This document shows positions 62,130-64,000 of a stretch of DNA of 64,000 bases, piece after piece. The notes beneath the pieces were generated by a model. That model was not told the DNA's origin. It worked only from the letters and a program-made list of their open reading frames with translations, and did not search any database. A program made the translations under genes and the position numbers. Source of the stretch: Lama guanicoe (lineage: Eukaryota). Every line of letters begins with the position of its first letter. Position 1 is the stretch's first letter. The stretch is taken from the NCBI GenBank assembly GCA_013239625.1, contig MU054391.1, positions 7,037,095 through 7,101,094 on the forward strand, given 5' to 3'.

Positions 62130-62910
62130 GATTGACAATTGAAAAAGTATTTTTTTCCATCTGATTTTCTATTTTTCTTTAGCAGATTCCATGACTCGAG
62201 GTTGAATTCCCATTCTTTTAGTGGTTCTCCTTAATTTCTAGACATACCCACTGAACTGTTGTCTAAGGCAATGTAAAATTATTTGTAATTTCTATACTCC
62301 TGCCAGTCATCACTCGGACGTTAGCTCAGTTGAGGCTGATGGCTGTTTTCCCTTTGTACTTAAAGAAAACTAGTCTTACACTATGTGTGTAGAATTATTT
62401 TTATTTGCCCTTCTTAATGCTCAGGGTCTACTCTCACCACTCATGATTTACATCAGTTTTGGAAAATTTTCAGACAACTCTTCAAAAGCTTCTTCTCTGG
62501 GATTTCCTTAATTCTCTTTTCTGGAACAGTTATTAGACATAAAATCTAGCTTCTCAGGCATCCTCCAGGTCTCCTACCTGCTCTTCTATGTCTTTCTTCA
62601 TCGCTTTGACTTGCTGTGCTGGTTGAACTCTTCCGTACTACATTCCAGTTCGTTCATTCTCTCTTCTATTGCATCTTGTTAGATTTTATCCACTCTCTTG
62701 AGTTTATCTTTGTTTTAGTTTCAGTGACTATATATTTCATTTCCAAAGCTTCTAATTGGTTCTTTTCCCCAGTTGCTAGCTGTTGTTTAAATTTTGTATC
62801 TTTCTGTTTCATAATTTCTCTTTTTAGTGGAAGTTATTCCTTAATCTATATTTTTAAACATCTTAATTATTTCTTTAGAATAATTGCCAGGCTGTCCAGT
62901 GAAATGACGA
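62130..62910 (-). mobile_element. Highly decayed ancient L1 fragment
   Basis: T-rich sequence with catcagttttggaaaattttcagac and ttcagtgactatatatttcatttccaaag motifs typical of old L1M. Confidence 0.55.
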
Positions 62911-63844
62911 AGTGAATTCATATTCCAAATGTTTATTTCTCTTGCCATCTTTATTAGCGTTGCATGTCTTCATAAGTGTAAGAACTTTGGAGATCATTTT
63001 GAACAAACGTGTGTTGTTGTTTTTTCTTTACTCTAATACACATTCCCCTTCCCCCTCCAGTCCTTTGTTCTCCAACATTAAGGCTGAAAGATTTAAGAGA
63101 CGCACCCAAGTCTAGTTGCCTCCCCAGGTCCCTGGAGCACAGTCCAGAGCGAGGCCTTAAAAGGTCAACCACAGAGCTCCTTTCTTGTAGAGATACTGGG
63201 GACTTTTTGACACAGACTTGAGTGAGACAGCACCTCAGTGTGATTTCTGTTTGAAAGGTTGTGTCATTGTTCCCTCACCTAGCCTTGTCCCCAAGCAGTA
63301 GGGCTGGAGAAAGTTTTGAGTCTCTTTTGGCCAGCAATGGAAACCCCTTCTCAAGACAGGCTTCAGTGTGGAGCCTGGCTCCTGGGCCCCACCTCACCTG
63401 CCCGCAGGTGCTGGTCACACCCTCTGCTTCTAGACCAGAGCCTCTTAGACCATGGCTTTACGTGTCTGATCTATCTCTGGTTCATGAAACATTTCCCTCG
63501 TTTGTGAGCCTCACTATGGCATTTTGTTTTGTCCTTTAATATACTGAGTTTGGATTAGAGGGGGCCATTCAAAATACAAATGCATTACAGCATCTTGACC
63601 CTAAGTCACACAGGGGCTTTCTACCCCAAGTCGATATTAACAAAATGCTTAAGGAGGAGAGAATAAGAACAGAGCCAGAGGCATGAGATTTGAGGCCTCG
63701 TCTAAGCGGATTTTCTTGTCCTTCAGGAATGTTAGTTGAACCAGCTGTACTTACTACAACATTACCCAGCCCAAGTCATGCAACACATCTTTTAGGGCAT
63801 GCTGAAAGATTTTATCGGATGCCTTGTTCAGACCTGTAATACCC

Positions 63845-63847
<3 letters not shown>

Positions 63848-63879
<32 letters not shown>
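63848..63879. repeat. (GT)16 microsatellite
   Basis: Read directly. Confidence 0.95.
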
Positions 63880-63882
<3 letters not shown>

Positions 63883-64000
63883 ACATGCCCCTGCTCTGCC
63901 ACCCTAACTATTCTATGAAAAAAAAAAAAAAGCATTTTCTTTGCCAGGCTTGTTCCCTGTGAATTCTGGTGGCTGCCACTTTCTTACAGGCCATCCACGT

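Overview
Mammalian genomic DNA, most likely camelid (three tRNA-derived SINEs of the Vic-1 type), covering the GREB1-NTSR2-LPIN1 synteny block. The + strand carries the last 14 coding exons of GREB1 (1763-25611; they splice in frame to 904 codons plus a stop, with a likely poly(A) signal at 27083). The - strand carries a complete 4-exon NTSR2 (41565-35165, 408 aa). An 81-nt coding exon at 48960-49040 matches the far-upstream alternative first exon of LPIN1. The rest is intron or intergenic DNA with L1 fragments, SINEs, MaLR/ERV1 LTRs, Tigger/MER DNA transposon relics and microsatellites. I found no wholly new gene system. The best leads: (1) the NTSR2 exon 2 donor is an atypical CA/GTTAAGT site that fits +1-shifted U1 pairing; (2) it competes with an internal donor that would give an NMD-escaping 5-TM truncated receptor; (3) an 8-aa deletion in NTSR2 ICL3; (4) a perfect 12-bp GC-box/G4 tandem array with an ETS site and a strong donor inside the LPIN1 5' region; (5) a triple AP-1 cluster between NTSR2 and LPIN1. 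Orthologue comparisons and repeat-family names are from memory, not from searches.
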